Part shown: positions 49,067 to 58,403 of the stretch, piece by piece
Layout of the letters: every line of letters starts with the position of its first letter
Numbering within the stretch: the first letter of the stretch is position 1
Source: Candidatus Poribacteria bacterium
GTDB taxonomy: Bacteria; Poribacteria; WGA-4E; WGA-3G
DNA: 64,000 nt
Reading direction: 5' to 3'
Assembly (NCBI GenBank): GCA_965214095.1
Contig: OZ243938.1
Location: 3,776,001-3,840,000, forward strand
The notes under the pieces: model-generated
What the model was told of the DNA's origin: nothing
What the model saw: only the letters and a program-made list of their open reading frames with translations
The model's database searches: none
Translations under genes and position numbers: made by a program

Positions 49067-49095
49067 TTGACAAATACATCTAAAGTTTGTATACT
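49067..49095 (+). promoter_or_regulatory. Sigma70 promoter of the tRNA cluster
   Basis: TTGACA-17-TATACT. Confidence 0.7.
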
Positions 49096-49177
49096 TAAAA
49101 GGTGGAATAACCAAGGACTCTAACAATAGTCTGAAATGCACACATTTCATGTAAAGTGAAGAGATAAATGTTTGTGT

Positions 49178-49249
49178 GCTGACGTGGCTCAATGGTAGAG
49201 CAAGTGATTTGTAATCACTAGGTTGGAGGTTCGATTCCTCTCGTCAGCT
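49178..49249 (+). tRNA. tRNA-Thr(TGT)
   Basis: GCTGACG...TTTGTAA...GGTTCGATTCC...CGTCAGC. Confidence 0.95.
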
Positions 49250-49256
49250 TCATTTT

Positions 49257-49338
49257 GGGGGTGTGCTTGAGCGGTCAAAAAGGGCAGACTGTAAATCTGT
49301 TGGCTATGCCTACGGCGGTTCGAATCCGTCCGCCCCCA
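49257..49338 (+). tRNA. tRNA-Tyr(GTA)
   Basis: GCAGA-CTGTAAA-TCTGT, long variable arm, GGTTCGAATCC. Confidence 0.95.
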
Positions 49339-49349
49339 TTCGTTCTTGT

Positions 49350-49422
49350 GCGGGAGTAGCTCAGCTGGTAGAGCATTGGCCTTCCAAGCCATGCGTCGCG
49401 GGTTCGAATCCCGTCTCCCGCT
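49350..49422 (+). tRNA. tRNA-Gly(TCC)
   Basis: GCGGGAG...CTTCCAA...GGTTCGAATCC...CTCCCGC. Confidence 0.95.
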
Positions 49423-49440
49423 TGTGATACCTACTGAATT

Positions 49441-49516
<76 letters not shown>

Positions 49517-49544
49517 CATCAATAAAAACGAAGGTTGGTAAATT

Positions 49545-49697
49545 ATGCCAAGAGACATCGTAACTTTAGCATGTGATACATGCAAACAACGAAATTATAT
49601 AACAACCCGTAATAGACGGACTCAGCAGGATCGGTATGAACGCAAGAAATATTGTCGTTTCTGCCGTAAACATACACTCCATAAGGAGATACGATAA
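49545..49697 (+). CDS. rpmG: 50S ribosomal protein L33 (Zn-ribbon type)
   Basis: Hand-translated [18 protein letters not shown]...[17 protein letters not shown]; absent from the ORF track. Confidence 0.95.
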   Translation: MPRDIVTLACDTCKQRNYITTRNRRTQQDRYERKKYCRFCRKHTLHKEIR

Positions 49698-49709
49698 CAT
49701 TCATCGTAC

Positions 49710-49783
49710 AGGCCAGTAGCTCGAACTGGTAGAGCGCCGGTCTCCAAAACCGGATGTTGGGGGTTCGAATCCCTCCTGGCCTG
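49710..49783 (+). tRNA. tRNA-Trp(CCA)
   Basis: AGGCCAG...CTCCAAA...GGTTCGAATCC...CTGGCCT. Confidence 0.95.
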
Positions 49784-49792
49784 CCTTGTATC

Positions 49793-50173
49793 ATGATAGC
49801 AAGAATAAAAAATTACATACAGAATATTATATTGGAATGGCAAAAGGTTTCTAAACCGGACGCGGAACAGGTTCGTGGTAGTACGATTGTAGTATTGGTT
49901 GCGTCTGGATTGTTAGGACTTTTCCTGTGGTTGGTTGATGGCAGTTCTGGTAGACCTATTTGGACATGGCCCATGAATCTGCTACTGATAATAATTCCTA
50001 TTTCGGTATTTGTTCTTGGTAAAGGTTTAGAAAACCGTCGGATACACATAACAATCATCGCTTGTATACCTCTAATCGTAGTTCTTGCTAGCACCTATGT
50101 TCTGGGACTTGATGAGCCACTTAGAGGATTTGGGATGTCCTTTTTAAGAGAGTTATTTTTGAGTGGGAATTAA
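49793..50173 (+). CDS. secE: Preprotein translocase subunit SecE with C-terminal extension
   Basis: Lies between trnW and nusG; EWQKVSKP...VRGSTIVVLV matches the ELxKVxWP motif. Confidence 0.82.
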   Translation: MIARIKNYIQNIILEWQKVSKPDAEQVRGSTIVVLVASGLLGLFLWLVDGSSGRPIWTWPMNLLLIIIPISVFVLGKGLENRRIHITIIACIPLIVVLASTYVLGLDEPLRGFGMSFLRELFLSGN

Positions 50174-50175
50174 TC

Positions 50176-50748
50176 ATGAATGGCAATTGGTATATCGTAC
50201 AGGTCTATACTGGACACGAAAAGAAAATACAGTCTATCCTTGAGAGACGGCTTCTGTCTGATACCGATACTGACAAGGGACTTCGTGATGAAATTTTACA
50301 GATAAATGTTCCTATGTCTACCACTGTAAGGAATGTTGATGGAAACCGGAAGGTAAGAAGCGGTCCAACGTATCCGGGATATGTTCTTGTCAACACCATG
50401 CATGCAATTGGTCCTCATGCTGAAAATTCACTTGGACAGAAAGCATGGTCATTTGTGCAAGAAACACCTGGCGTGATGAATTTTCTCGGTAATGCCAACC
50501 CGATTCCATTGAGTACTGAAGATGTAGAACGAATGCTTGAAAGTTCAACCGTAGAAGAAGACGTGCCTGTTCCAGAGATGGTATATAATGTTGGTGATAA
50601 AGTTCGCGTGATTGAGGGACCTTTCAGTTCTTTTACTGCTGAGATTCTTGGAATTGATATGCAACGTCAACGCTTAAGTCTTTCAATTACAATCTTTGGA
50701 CGTTCAACTCCACTTGAATTAGGGTTCATGGGTGTTGAAAGGTTATAA
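50176..50748 (+). CDS. nusG: Transcription termination/antitermination factor NusG
   Basis: WYIVQVYTGHE, YPGYVLV, TPGV..F, GDKVRVIEGPF, IFGRSTPLEL. Confidence 0.95.
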   Translation: MNGNWYIVQVYTGHEKKIQSILERRLLSDTDTDKGLRDEILQINVPMSTTVRNVDGNRKVRSGPTYPGYVLVNTMHAIGPHAENSLGQKAWSFVQETPGVMNFLGNANPIPLSTEDVERMLESSTVEEDVPVPEMVYNVGDKVRVIEGPFSSFTAEILGIDMQRQRLSLSITIFGRSTPLELGFMGVERL

Positions 50749-50777
50749 TTGTTAGGAAGATATGGAGAAGAATATAA

Positions 50778-51200
50778 ATGGCAAAAAAAGTAGCAGGTGA
50801 AGTCAAACTTCAATTAGTGTCTGGACAAGCAACACCACAACCACCGGTTGGTCCGAGTCTGGCACCTTATGCGATTAATCTGCAGGAATTTATCAAAACC
50901 TTTAATGCCCAGACGCAGCAGCAAAGTGGTATGATTGTTACCACTATTATAACGTGTTATAGTGATCGTTCCTTTACTTTTGTAGTAAAATCTCCTCCGG
51001 CTGCAGTTCTCTTAAAAACTGCCGCGAAAATTGTTAAAGGGTCCGGAGAACCGAATCGGAATAAGGTTGCCAATGTTACCAGTGACCAGATTCGTGAGAT
51101 TGCACAAACGAAATTACCGGATTTAAATACTACAGATATTGAAGCTGCAGTTCGTATGGTTGAAGGAACAGCACGAAGTATGGGATTGAACATAACCTAA
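50778..51200 (+). CDS. rplK: 50S ribosomal protein L11
   Basis: [28 protein letters not shown]. Confidence 0.97.
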   Translation: MAKKVAGEVKLQLVSGQATPQPPVGPSLAPYAINLQEFIKTFNAQTQQQSGMIVTTIITCYSDRSFTFVVKSPPAAVLLKTAAKIVKGSGEPNRNKVANVTSDQIREIAQTKLPDLNTTDIEAAVRMVEGTARSMGLNIT

Positions 51201-51228
51201 CATTGAATAAGCAATTTTGGAGAGAACT

Positions 51229-51927
51229 ATGGCGAAAAGAGGAAAACGTTATCGCGATTTTGAACAGCATGTTGAAAAAGAGAATTTATACACAGTAAAC
51301 GAAGCAGTATCACTTGTAAAGCAGTCAGGCTCCGCGAAGTTTGATGAAACTATTGATTTGGCTTCCCGTCTTGGTGTAAATCCTGCAGTTGCTGAGCAGA
51401 ATATTCGTGGCACTGTCTCACTTCCACATGGTACAGGGAAATCTATTCGTGTTGTTGTGTTCGCTGAAGGCGACAAGGCGCGTGAAGCTGAGGAAGCAGG
51501 GGCAGATTTTGTTGGAACTGATGAGTTAGTTGATAAAATCGTTGATGGTTGGTTGGATTTTGATGCGACTGTTGCTACACCTGACCTGATGCGGAGTATC
51601 ATGCCGAAGTTAGGGAGAGTCCTTGGACCGCGTGGGTTAATGCCTAACCCGAAAGCCGGTACTGTTACAATGGATGTTGCAGAAACACTTCAGAACATCA
51701 AGGCAGGACAAATAGAATATCGTGTTGAACGGACATCGGGTATTGTTCATGTGCCAATTGGAAAAGTCTCATTTGAAGAAAATCAGATCAAGGATAACCT
51801 TACGACAGTAATGGATGCACTTGTGAAGGCACGTCCTTCTGGAACATCTGGAAGGTATATTAGGAGCATTGCGATTTCAGCGACGATGGGTGCTGGTATC
51901 CGAATAGATCCCCAAGAATTTGTGTGA
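51229..51927 (+). CDS. rplA: 50S ribosomal protein L1
   Basis: MAKRGKRY, KFDET, LPHGTGK, LGPRGLMPNPK.GTV. Confidence 0.97.
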   Translation: MAKRGKRYRDFEQHVEKENLYTVNEAVSLVKQSGSAKFDETIDLASRLGVNPAVAEQNIRGTVSLPHGTGKSIRVVVFAEGDKAREAEEAGADFVGTDELVDKIVDGWLDFDATVATPDLMRSIMPKLGRVLGPRGLMPNPKAGTVTMDVAETLQNIKAGQIEYRVERTSGIVHVPIGKVSFEENQIKDNLTTVMDALVKARPSGTSGRYIRSIAISATMGAGIRIDPQEFV

Positions 51928-51989
51928 TTAATACTACATAATTTTAGTGAATAAATAATAAAGGACAGACGACAACTTCGTAAAGCAGA

Positions 51990-52130
51990 ATAGAGTTGAA
52001 GAAAGTAGGGGCTCTGGCTTAATTACCTACCGAGACTCGGTAATAGTTGAAGATGTTTCGTGTGAAAATACCGAAACAAGTTTAACAACCGTAGTTAGGT
52101 CAAGCCTCCAGTGTTCTGGAGGCTTTTTAT
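51990..52130 (+). promoter_or_regulatory. L10 leader autoregulatory RNA with an attenuator-like terminator
   Basis: GAAGAAAGTAGG...TTAATTACCTACCGAG pattern, then AAGCCTCCAG-tgtt-CTGGAGGCTTTTT. Confidence 0.75.
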
Positions 52131-52169
52131 TTGCTTATGGAGTAGTCACAATGTGAAAGGAGCTAACCT

Positions 52170-52730
52170 ATGCCGAATGAAGCAAATGTTCAGCAGGTTG
52201 GACAGATACGTGAGTTATTTGAAAACTCAGACGTGATTCTATTGACAGATTTTAAAGGACTGACTGTTGCAGAGGTGAATGATCTGCGACAACAGTTACG
52301 TGAAGCAAATGTCCAATATAAAGTCTGCAAGAATACGTTAATTAATGTTGTTGCGGAAGAGAAAGAGATTGAAGGGCTTGCCCCATATTTAATAGGTAAC
52401 ACCGCACTTGCGGCGTGTGATGACCCCGCGGCTACGAGCAAAATCCTCTTTAATTTTATTGAGGAACATGAAAGTCTCAAAATTAAAGGTGGTATCCTTG
52501 GAAAACAGGTGATTGACGCGAATGGCGTTAAAGCCCTTCAAGATATGCCTTCAAGAGAGGAATTAATTGCACAGGCTATCGGTGGAATTGGTGCACCGCT
52601 CTATGGACTTGTTAATGTGTTGAATAACGGATCACCTATGCAGGGATTTGTTAATGTGCTTAGTAATACAATTGGTCAGGTTTCATCTGTGTTAACGCAG
52701 ATCGCCGAACAGAAAAAAGCAGCCGAATAG
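52170..52730 (+). CDS. rplJ: 50S ribosomal protein L10
   Basis: DFKGLTV, LR, V.KNTL, MPSREEL. Confidence 0.96.
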   Translation: MPNEANVQQVGQIRELFENSDVILLTDFKGLTVAEVNDLRQQLREANVQYKVCKNTLINVVAEEKEIEGLAPYLIGNTALAACDDPAATSKILFNFIEEHESLKIKGGILGKQVIDANGVKALQDMPSREELIAQAIGGIGAPLYGLVNVLNNGSPMQGFVNVLSNTIGQVSSVLTQIAEQKKAAE

Positions 52731-52767
52731 GCATAACTATAATTTAGATTTAGAAAGGATTATAAAA

Positions 52768-53166
52768 ATGGCAGATATAGAAAAATTGATAGACGAAATT
52801 AGCGAGATGACTGTTTTGGAACTCTCCGAATTAGTAACAGCACTTGAAGAAAAATTTGGTGTGAGTGCTTCTGCTATGCCAGCAATGGCAGTTGCGGGTG
52901 CAGTCCCGGCGGCAGGTGGTGCAGCTGAAGCTGCCGAAGAGGAAGCTGCTGAAAAAACCGAGTTTGATGTCCAACTCAAAGAAATCGGTGGACAGAAGAT
53001 ACCTGTGATTAAAGAAGTCCGCTCCATTACTGGACTCGGTTTAAAGGAAGCAAAAGAGAAGGTTGAATCTGCACCGGTTGTCATTCAAGAGGGTGTCAGC
53101 AAAGAAGACGCAGAAAAAACCAAAGAGCAGCTTGAAGCCATCGGCGCAGTCGTCGAAATTCAATAA
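52768..53166 (+). CDS. rplL: 50S ribosomal protein L7/L12
   Basis: [34 protein letters not shown]. Confidence 0.97.
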   Translation: MADIEKLIDEISEMTVLELSELVTALEEKFGVSASAMPAMAVAGAVPAAGGAAEAAEEEAAEKTEFDVQLKEIGGQKIPVIKEVRSITGLGLKEAKEKVESAPVVIQEGVSKEDAEKTKEQLEAIGAVVEIQ

Positions 53167-53219
53167 ATTCAGTTTATACCTTCAATATATGTTGGTATAT
53201 TTACTAAATTGATTTACCG

Positions 53220-53256
53220 AACCCCATTATGGTTGCATACTATAATGGGGTTTTCT
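53220..53256 (+). terminator. Intrinsic terminator after rplL
   Basis: AACCCCATTAT(G)G...CTATAATGGGGTTTTCT. Confidence 0.7.
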
Positions 53257-53265
53257 TACAAGTAG

Positions 53266-54126
53266 ATGCCAGATAACACAGAAGTCTTCAGTCTCGCAGA
53301 GATCTTTTATCTTGTTTTCAGTCAACTCGCTGTAGGTGGGTTTGCAGCGATGCTACTCATACCGAAAGGTGTAGTGAATGCCAATTTTTATCGGTTGATG
53401 GGTGGGATCTATCTACTGGTAGGTGTTTTGGCGCGTTGTGCCAATCTTTACCTTAATAAAATACCTGTTACTTTTATGAGTTTCTTAGGTAAATTGCCGA
53501 ATTATGAATCTATTCTGGTTTTCTGTTTTGTCTTAATTGTCTTATGCTATACATGGAGTTGGTGGTTAAAATCGTCTGTTCTAACGGATGTATTATTTTA
53601 TGTAGGGATTCTTTGCGGGTGTATCTGGATAATTCTCAGTGCTACCGAATACTTTGAAGTTGTTCAATTTTCTGGTGGAAAATATATTCTAACATTTCAG
53701 TTCTTGGTTTCTGCATTACTTCTTGGAATAGTACATACGGGGATGTGGTTTGGTCATTGGTATCTTGTGACACCGGATTTGCCTGTGTCGTATCTGAGAA
53801 GATTTAACACTGTTTTGCTGTGGACACTTGTTGTATCTGTTGTTCTATTTTCTGTGAATATGTTTGTTAGATCGCAAGCACAAGATGTTGTGTCGTTTAA
53901 CTTTCATTTTCAACTCATCCTTTGGATGCGGGTAGGTATTGGTTTTGCTGGCACACTAATTTTGTATTTTATTACTTGGGACTGTTTGCGTCCGAAATCT
54001 GTTGCGAAGGATGAACTTGGTGCGACGCGTGCTGCTACGGGTTTTCTTTTCATTGCTATAATTACCGTCTTTTTGGGAGAGTTTTGTAGTTGGTATCTGT
54101 TTTTGTCTATGCAGTTTTTGTTTTGA
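53266..54126 (+). CDS. Polytopic membrane protein (weak DmsC/NrfD-like resemblance)
   Basis: About 8 TM segments; GHWYLV.P and ATG..F..I....GE patterns. Confidence 0.6.
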   Translation: MPDNTEVFSLAEIFYLVFSQLAVGGFAAMLLIPKGVVNANFYRLMGGIYLLVGVLARCANLYLNKIPVTFMSFLGKLPNYESILVFCFVLIVLCYTWSWWLKSSVLTDVLFYVGILCGCIWIILSATEYFEVVQFSGGKYILTFQFLVSALLLGIVHTGMWFGHWYLVTPDLPVSYLRRFNTVLLWTLVVSVVLFSVNMFVRSQAQDVVSFNFHFQLILWMRVGIGFAGTLILYFITWDCLRPKSVAKDELGATRAATGFLFIAIITVFLGEFCSWYLFLSMQFLF

Positions 54127-54252
54127 ATGGAATAGAATCTATTGATAATAGAATTGCTATTTTGATTGGTAACTTGACAAGAACATATTCGTGATATATT
54201 CTGATTGTAACAATATCTAAATCAAAATAAATCTATGAGAGGGTAAAATTAA

Positions 54253-56682
54253 ATGAACTTTAAGCATCAGGTTAAAATACTCAGTGTTCTATTGATATTC
54301 ATTTTTATTACAAGTGTCAATGCGCAACAGAATCTCGCACAACAAGCTTATGCGATTTTTGAGCAGTCCTGTCTGATATGCCACGGGGAAAACGGTTCTT
54401 ATACAGAGGCACTGATCGTTGAACATACGGCTCTCATTGATGATGGAAAAGTCGTTCCTGGTGATCCAGACGGTTCCGTATTCTATCAACGACTCACTGA
54501 AACGGATATTGCAAAACGGATGCCTCTTGGACAACCCGCGCTTGAACCTACAGCGATTGAGACGATACGGCAATGGATATTAGCAGGTGCACCTGATTGG
54601 GACGCTATTCCCACACTAAAACCCAATTTCATTTCTACTGATGTAATGCTTGAAGCGATTGGAAACCACGTTAATTCTCTTTCAATGCGTGATAAATCGT
54701 TTGCCCGTTATTTTACATTAACACATCTCTATAATGCAGGCGAGACGACTGAAACATTAAATGCATATCGGCGTGCACTCTCAAAACTGATAAATAGCCT
54801 CTCTTGGGGGCGTGAAATAGTCAAACCGCAACCAATAGATATTCAACAAACTGTTTACTACATTGACCTACGTAAATATGAATGGGATGTTAGAAATGAA
54901 GCATGGACGCAGATTGAACAGGTATATCCATACCAAATGACGTTTGACGCACCAACACAAACGAATCTTAAAGAGAAACTAACGCTACTACAGCAGGAGA
55001 CGAACAGTGAAGTGCCGTTTGTTCAGGTGGATTGGTTTCTCGCGACCGCATCGTTGCCACCGCTCTATTACGATATCTTGCAGCTGCCACTAACAGAACG
55101 AGTACTTGAAGTATTGCTTGGGGTATCAGTTAAAGAAAATATTCTGAACACTCCTGGAAAACATGTCTGGCGCGCGGGTTTCAACGACTCTGGTGTCTCA
55201 AATCACAACAGAGTTGTTGAACGGCACACTTTCGAACACGGCGCATACTGGAAAAGCTACGACTTCGCCGGAAGTGTTGGCACACAGAACATTTTCACGC
55301 ATCCAATTTCTTTTGAACACGACGGCAGCGAAATTATTTTTAACCTGCCGAATGGACTGCAGGCATACTATCTTGTAAATGCGGAGGGCAACCGACTGAA
55401 TGTAGCACCGACAGATATCGTTTCAAATCCTGCTTCGAGTGATCCTGCTGTACGTAATGGACTTTCCTGTATCGGATGCCACACAGAAGGAATGAAGACG
55501 TTTGAAGACGAAGTGCGTGCTACCGTTGAACAGGCAGATAACCCACCCTTTAACAAAGAACAGGTGTTAACACTCTATGTAGAAAAAAACGAGATGGATG
55601 CACTTATCACCCAAGATACGCAACGTTACAGGGAAGCACTTGAGGCAACTGGCGGTGTGTTTGGTGGCATTGAACCCGTTCAGCGATCCCATGAAGCGTT
55701 TCAAGCACCGCTTGATGCAGCACACGCCGCCGCTTCTCTCGGTTTGCAGACCCCGAGCCTCCTTGAAAAAATTCAACAAAATGTTGATCTACAAAACTTA
55801 GGATTGCTGGTACTAGAGAACGGCACCATCAAACGGGATACATGGACACAACAGTGGACCGACATTGTTCACGCATTGAATTTCCCACAAGAAAGCATAG
55901 TAACACCCGTTGAACCGATCCCCGAACACATTCTTGGGACTATTGTAAACATCCGCGACCCTGCACTGCGTCAAGTTATTGTATCTATCCTTGATAATGC
56001 ACGTTGGTCGCAAGCGTCATTTGATAATAAAAAGAATTTCCAATGGACAGAAGATCCTTTTGATTACCAAATTACAGTGGAGGAGATGGAAGCACTTACG
56101 ACAATTTCTGTGTTTGGTACTGTTCAAGATTTAGAAGGTCTCCAATTCGCAACGGGGTTAATAAGCCTTTATATCCGTAGTGCCATAAACATCTCTGACA
56201 TTTCACCCCTTGCAGAACTAACGAGTTTAGAGCATCTGGAGATCATTGGAGACAACAACATCTCAGATATTTCACCTCTCGCCGGACTTACAAACTTAGA
56301 GCACTTGGAGATCGCTGGGAAAGAAATTGTTCGTTTTTCATCCGGCAGCATATCAGAAAGATTGAGATACTTTGGTAGATCGGGGAACGAAATCTCAGAT
56401 ATTTCACCCCTCGTCGGACTTACGAACTTAGAAACGTTATCTCTCTACGATAGCAACATATCGGATCTATTACCACTTGGGGGACTCACTGCGCTAAAAT
56501 CTCTGAATCTCAATAATAACAACATATCCGATGTATTGGCACTTGGAGGTCTAACTAATTTGGAGTCTTTGTCTCTGGGGGATTATAGCACATCTGAAGC
56601 TGGGGGCACCTATAGTTCATATAATAACATCTTTGATATTTCACCACTTGCGGGACTCCACTCGCTGGACTCATTGCGTTGA
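54253..56682 (+). CDS. Secreted c-type cytochrome (planctomycete type) plus leucine-rich repeats; N-terminal half of a split gene
   Basis: Signal peptide, CLICH, VVPGDPDGS, MP, W...GA; second motif CIGCH; internalin-type NNISDISPLAGLTNL repeats. Confidence 0.85.
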   Translation: MNFKHQVKILSVLLIFIFITSVNAQQNLAQQAYAIFEQSCLICHGENGSYTEALIVEHTALIDDGKVVPGDPDGSVFYQRLTETDIAKRMPLGQPALEPTAIETIRQWILAGAPDWDAIPTLKPNFISTDVMLEAIGNHVNSLSMRDKSFARYFTLTHLYNAGETTETLNAYRRALSKLINSLSWGREIVKPQPIDIQQTVYYIDLRKYEWDVRNEAWTQIEQVYPYQMTFDAPTQTNLKEKLTLLQQETNSEVPFVQVDWFLATASLPPLYYDILQLPLTERVLEVLLGVSVKENILNTPGKHVWRAGFNDSGVSNHNRVVERHTFEHGAYWKSYDFAGSVGTQNIFTHPISFEHDGSEIIFNLPNGLQAYYLVNAEGNRLNVAPTDIVSNPASSDPAVRNGLSCIGCHTEGMKTFEDEVRATVEQADNPPFNKEQVLTLYVEKNEMDALITQDTQRYREALEATGGVFGGIEPVQRSHEAFQAPLDAAHAAASLGLQTPSLLEKIQQNVDLQNLGLLVLENGTIKRDTWTQQWTDIVHALNFPQESIVTPVEPIPEHILGTIVNIRDPALRQVIVSILDNARWSQASFDNKKNFQWTEDPFDYQITVEEMEALTTISVFGTVQDLEGLQFATGLISLYIRSAINISDISPLAELTSLEHLEIIGDNNISDISPLAGLTNLEHLEIAGKEIVRFSSGSISERLRYFGRSGNEISDISPLVGLTNLETLSLYDSNISDLLPLGGLTALKSLNLNNNNISDVLALGGLTNLESLSLGDYSTSEAGGTYSSYNNIFDISPLAGLHSLDSLR

Positions 56683-58274
56683 GAAAACTGCATCTCAGCT
56701 ATAATAACATATCAGACATATCGCCTCTGAAGGCGTTTTTCGTGCCTCGGAATGGTGATTTGCGTGATAGAATAAAGGTAGTACTAGGGAATCATGATGC
56801 TTGGGGGCAAGGATGGAAACCGATGGCAAATGCAAGTGACGGTGCCGTAACAGAAGCAGACATCGCAGCTACTGGTGCGATAGAGGGTGCCTCAGTTGGT
56901 GCAAATGTGTGGGAACTACACGAATGGTACGGGAACAAGCTCGGTGAACAGCTGGAAACTTTAGGGATAGAAAAACTAAGTACGCAGACTATTGTTTATG
57001 GGTGTACCTTTCTGGATTCACCACGGGATCAGGAAACAACGCTATACATTCCTGGTGGATATTTTGTAAAAGCCTGGCTAAATGGAAATCTTTTACACAG
57101 TGAATGGGGACGACTCCAAGTTGTCCCTGTTACGTTGAAAAAAGGGAAAAATATCCTGTTATTCGGTGTGAGTGGTGAGAGAATGTTGCATAACAGCTTC
57201 GCATTTCCAGACAGCACAGAATTCACCGTATCTATACCAGGTGTGGCGTGGACCCTCTCTCATTCTCCAATCAATGCTGGAGATACGTTCACCCTCGATT
57301 TCAGCGCAAGAAATGTCATTGATTTCGCGGAATGGCAATTTGATATTTCTTTTGATCCAACCGCACTTGAAGTGCTTGAAGTCAACGAAGGGGATTTCAT
57401 GACACAGAATGGAGGTGCCTTCTTTCAGAAAGGAACAATTGATAACACTGCTGGCAAAATCGAAGGATTCAGTTCAGCGACATTGACTACAAACGGAGTC
57501 AAGGGCACAGGAGTGTTACTCTCTGTGACTTTCAAAGCAAAAACTGAAGGTGAAAAACAAGTAGCCCTACATAACTTCCAATTCTTAACTATATCAGGAA
57601 AGACAATCCCTGCCGGACCACATGAGTTTATCTTCACGATAAAGGAACAACTCATCGGGGATGTGAACAGGGACGGACGTGTTAGCATCCAAGATATGAT
57701 TCTTGTTTCCCGTGTCTTTGGAAAGGATGCATCCGACTACCCCTTTGCAGATATAAATCAAGATGGGAAGATCAACATCCAAGACCTTATCATTGTCGCA
57801 CAACACATAGGTGAGACAACAGATTCCGCGGCAGCTCCAATTGTTGTCATAGACAGCAATGAACTAACACCAGCAATTGTCCAAGCATGGATAAAGCAGG
57901 CACAAATTGAAGATGATGGATCACTTGCTTTCCGACAAGGAATAGATAATCTCAAGGAACTATTAGCATCGTTACTTCCTGAAAAAACTGCTTTGCTCGC
58001 GAACTATCCAAATCCGTTTAATCCTGAGACTTGGATACCGTATCAACTTGCGAAACCTGCGGATGTTACTTTGACAATCTATGCTGCTAATGGTGCTGTT
58101 GTTCGGACATTGACGTTAGGACATCAAGCTGCAGGTATCTATCAGAGTCCTAATCGTGCAATACACTGGGATGGTAAAAACGATGTTGGGGAGGAAGTTG
58201 CAAGCGGAATCTATTTTTACACTTTAATTGCAGATGATTTCACATCAACTCGGAAATTGTTGATACGGAAGTAA
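56658..58274 (+). CDS. LRR, cohesin, dockerin and FlgD-Ig/T9SS-A-like C-terminal domain; C-terminal half of a split gene
   Basis: Frame begins mid-LRR (PLAGLIALRKLHLSYNNISDISPL); WQFDISFDP...EGDF...LLSVTFKAK; GDVNRDG/ADINQDG; NYPNPFNPETW. Confidence 0.82.
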   Translation, partial: PLAGLIALRKLHLSYNNISDISPLKAFFVPRNGDLRDRIKVVLGNHDAWGQGWKPMANASDGAVTEADIAATGAIEGASVGANVWELHEWYGNKLGEQLETLGIEKLSTQTIVYGCTFLDSPRDQETTLYIPGGYFVKAWLNGNLLHSEWGRLQVVPVTLKKGKNILLFGVSGERMLHNSFAFPDSTEFTVSIPGVAWTLSHSPINAGDTFTLDFSARNVIDFAEWQFDISFDPTALEVLEVNEGDFMTQNGGAFFQKGTIDNTAGKIEGFSSATLTTNGVKGTGVLLSVTFKAKTEGEKQVALHNFQFLTISGKTIPAGPHEFIFTIKEQLIGDVNRDGRVSIQDMILVSRVFGKDASDYPFADINQDGKINIQDLIIVAQHIGETTDSAAAPIVVIDSNELTPAIVQAWIKQAQIEDDGSLAFRQGIDNLKELLASLLPEKTALLANYPNPFNPETWIPYQLAKPADVTLTIYAANGAVVRTLTLGHQAAGIYQSPNRAIHWDGKNDVGEEVASGIYFYTLIADDFTSTRKLLIRK

Positions 58275-58403
58275 TCTATTCTATGTTGGTCTTCATACCG
58301 ATAACTATATGTTTAGAACTCTAACGAGGAAATTATTTTAATTGTAAATTCAACATTAGTACGCTAAACTAAAATCATACATTTATTGTTTAGGAGGAAC
58401 ATA

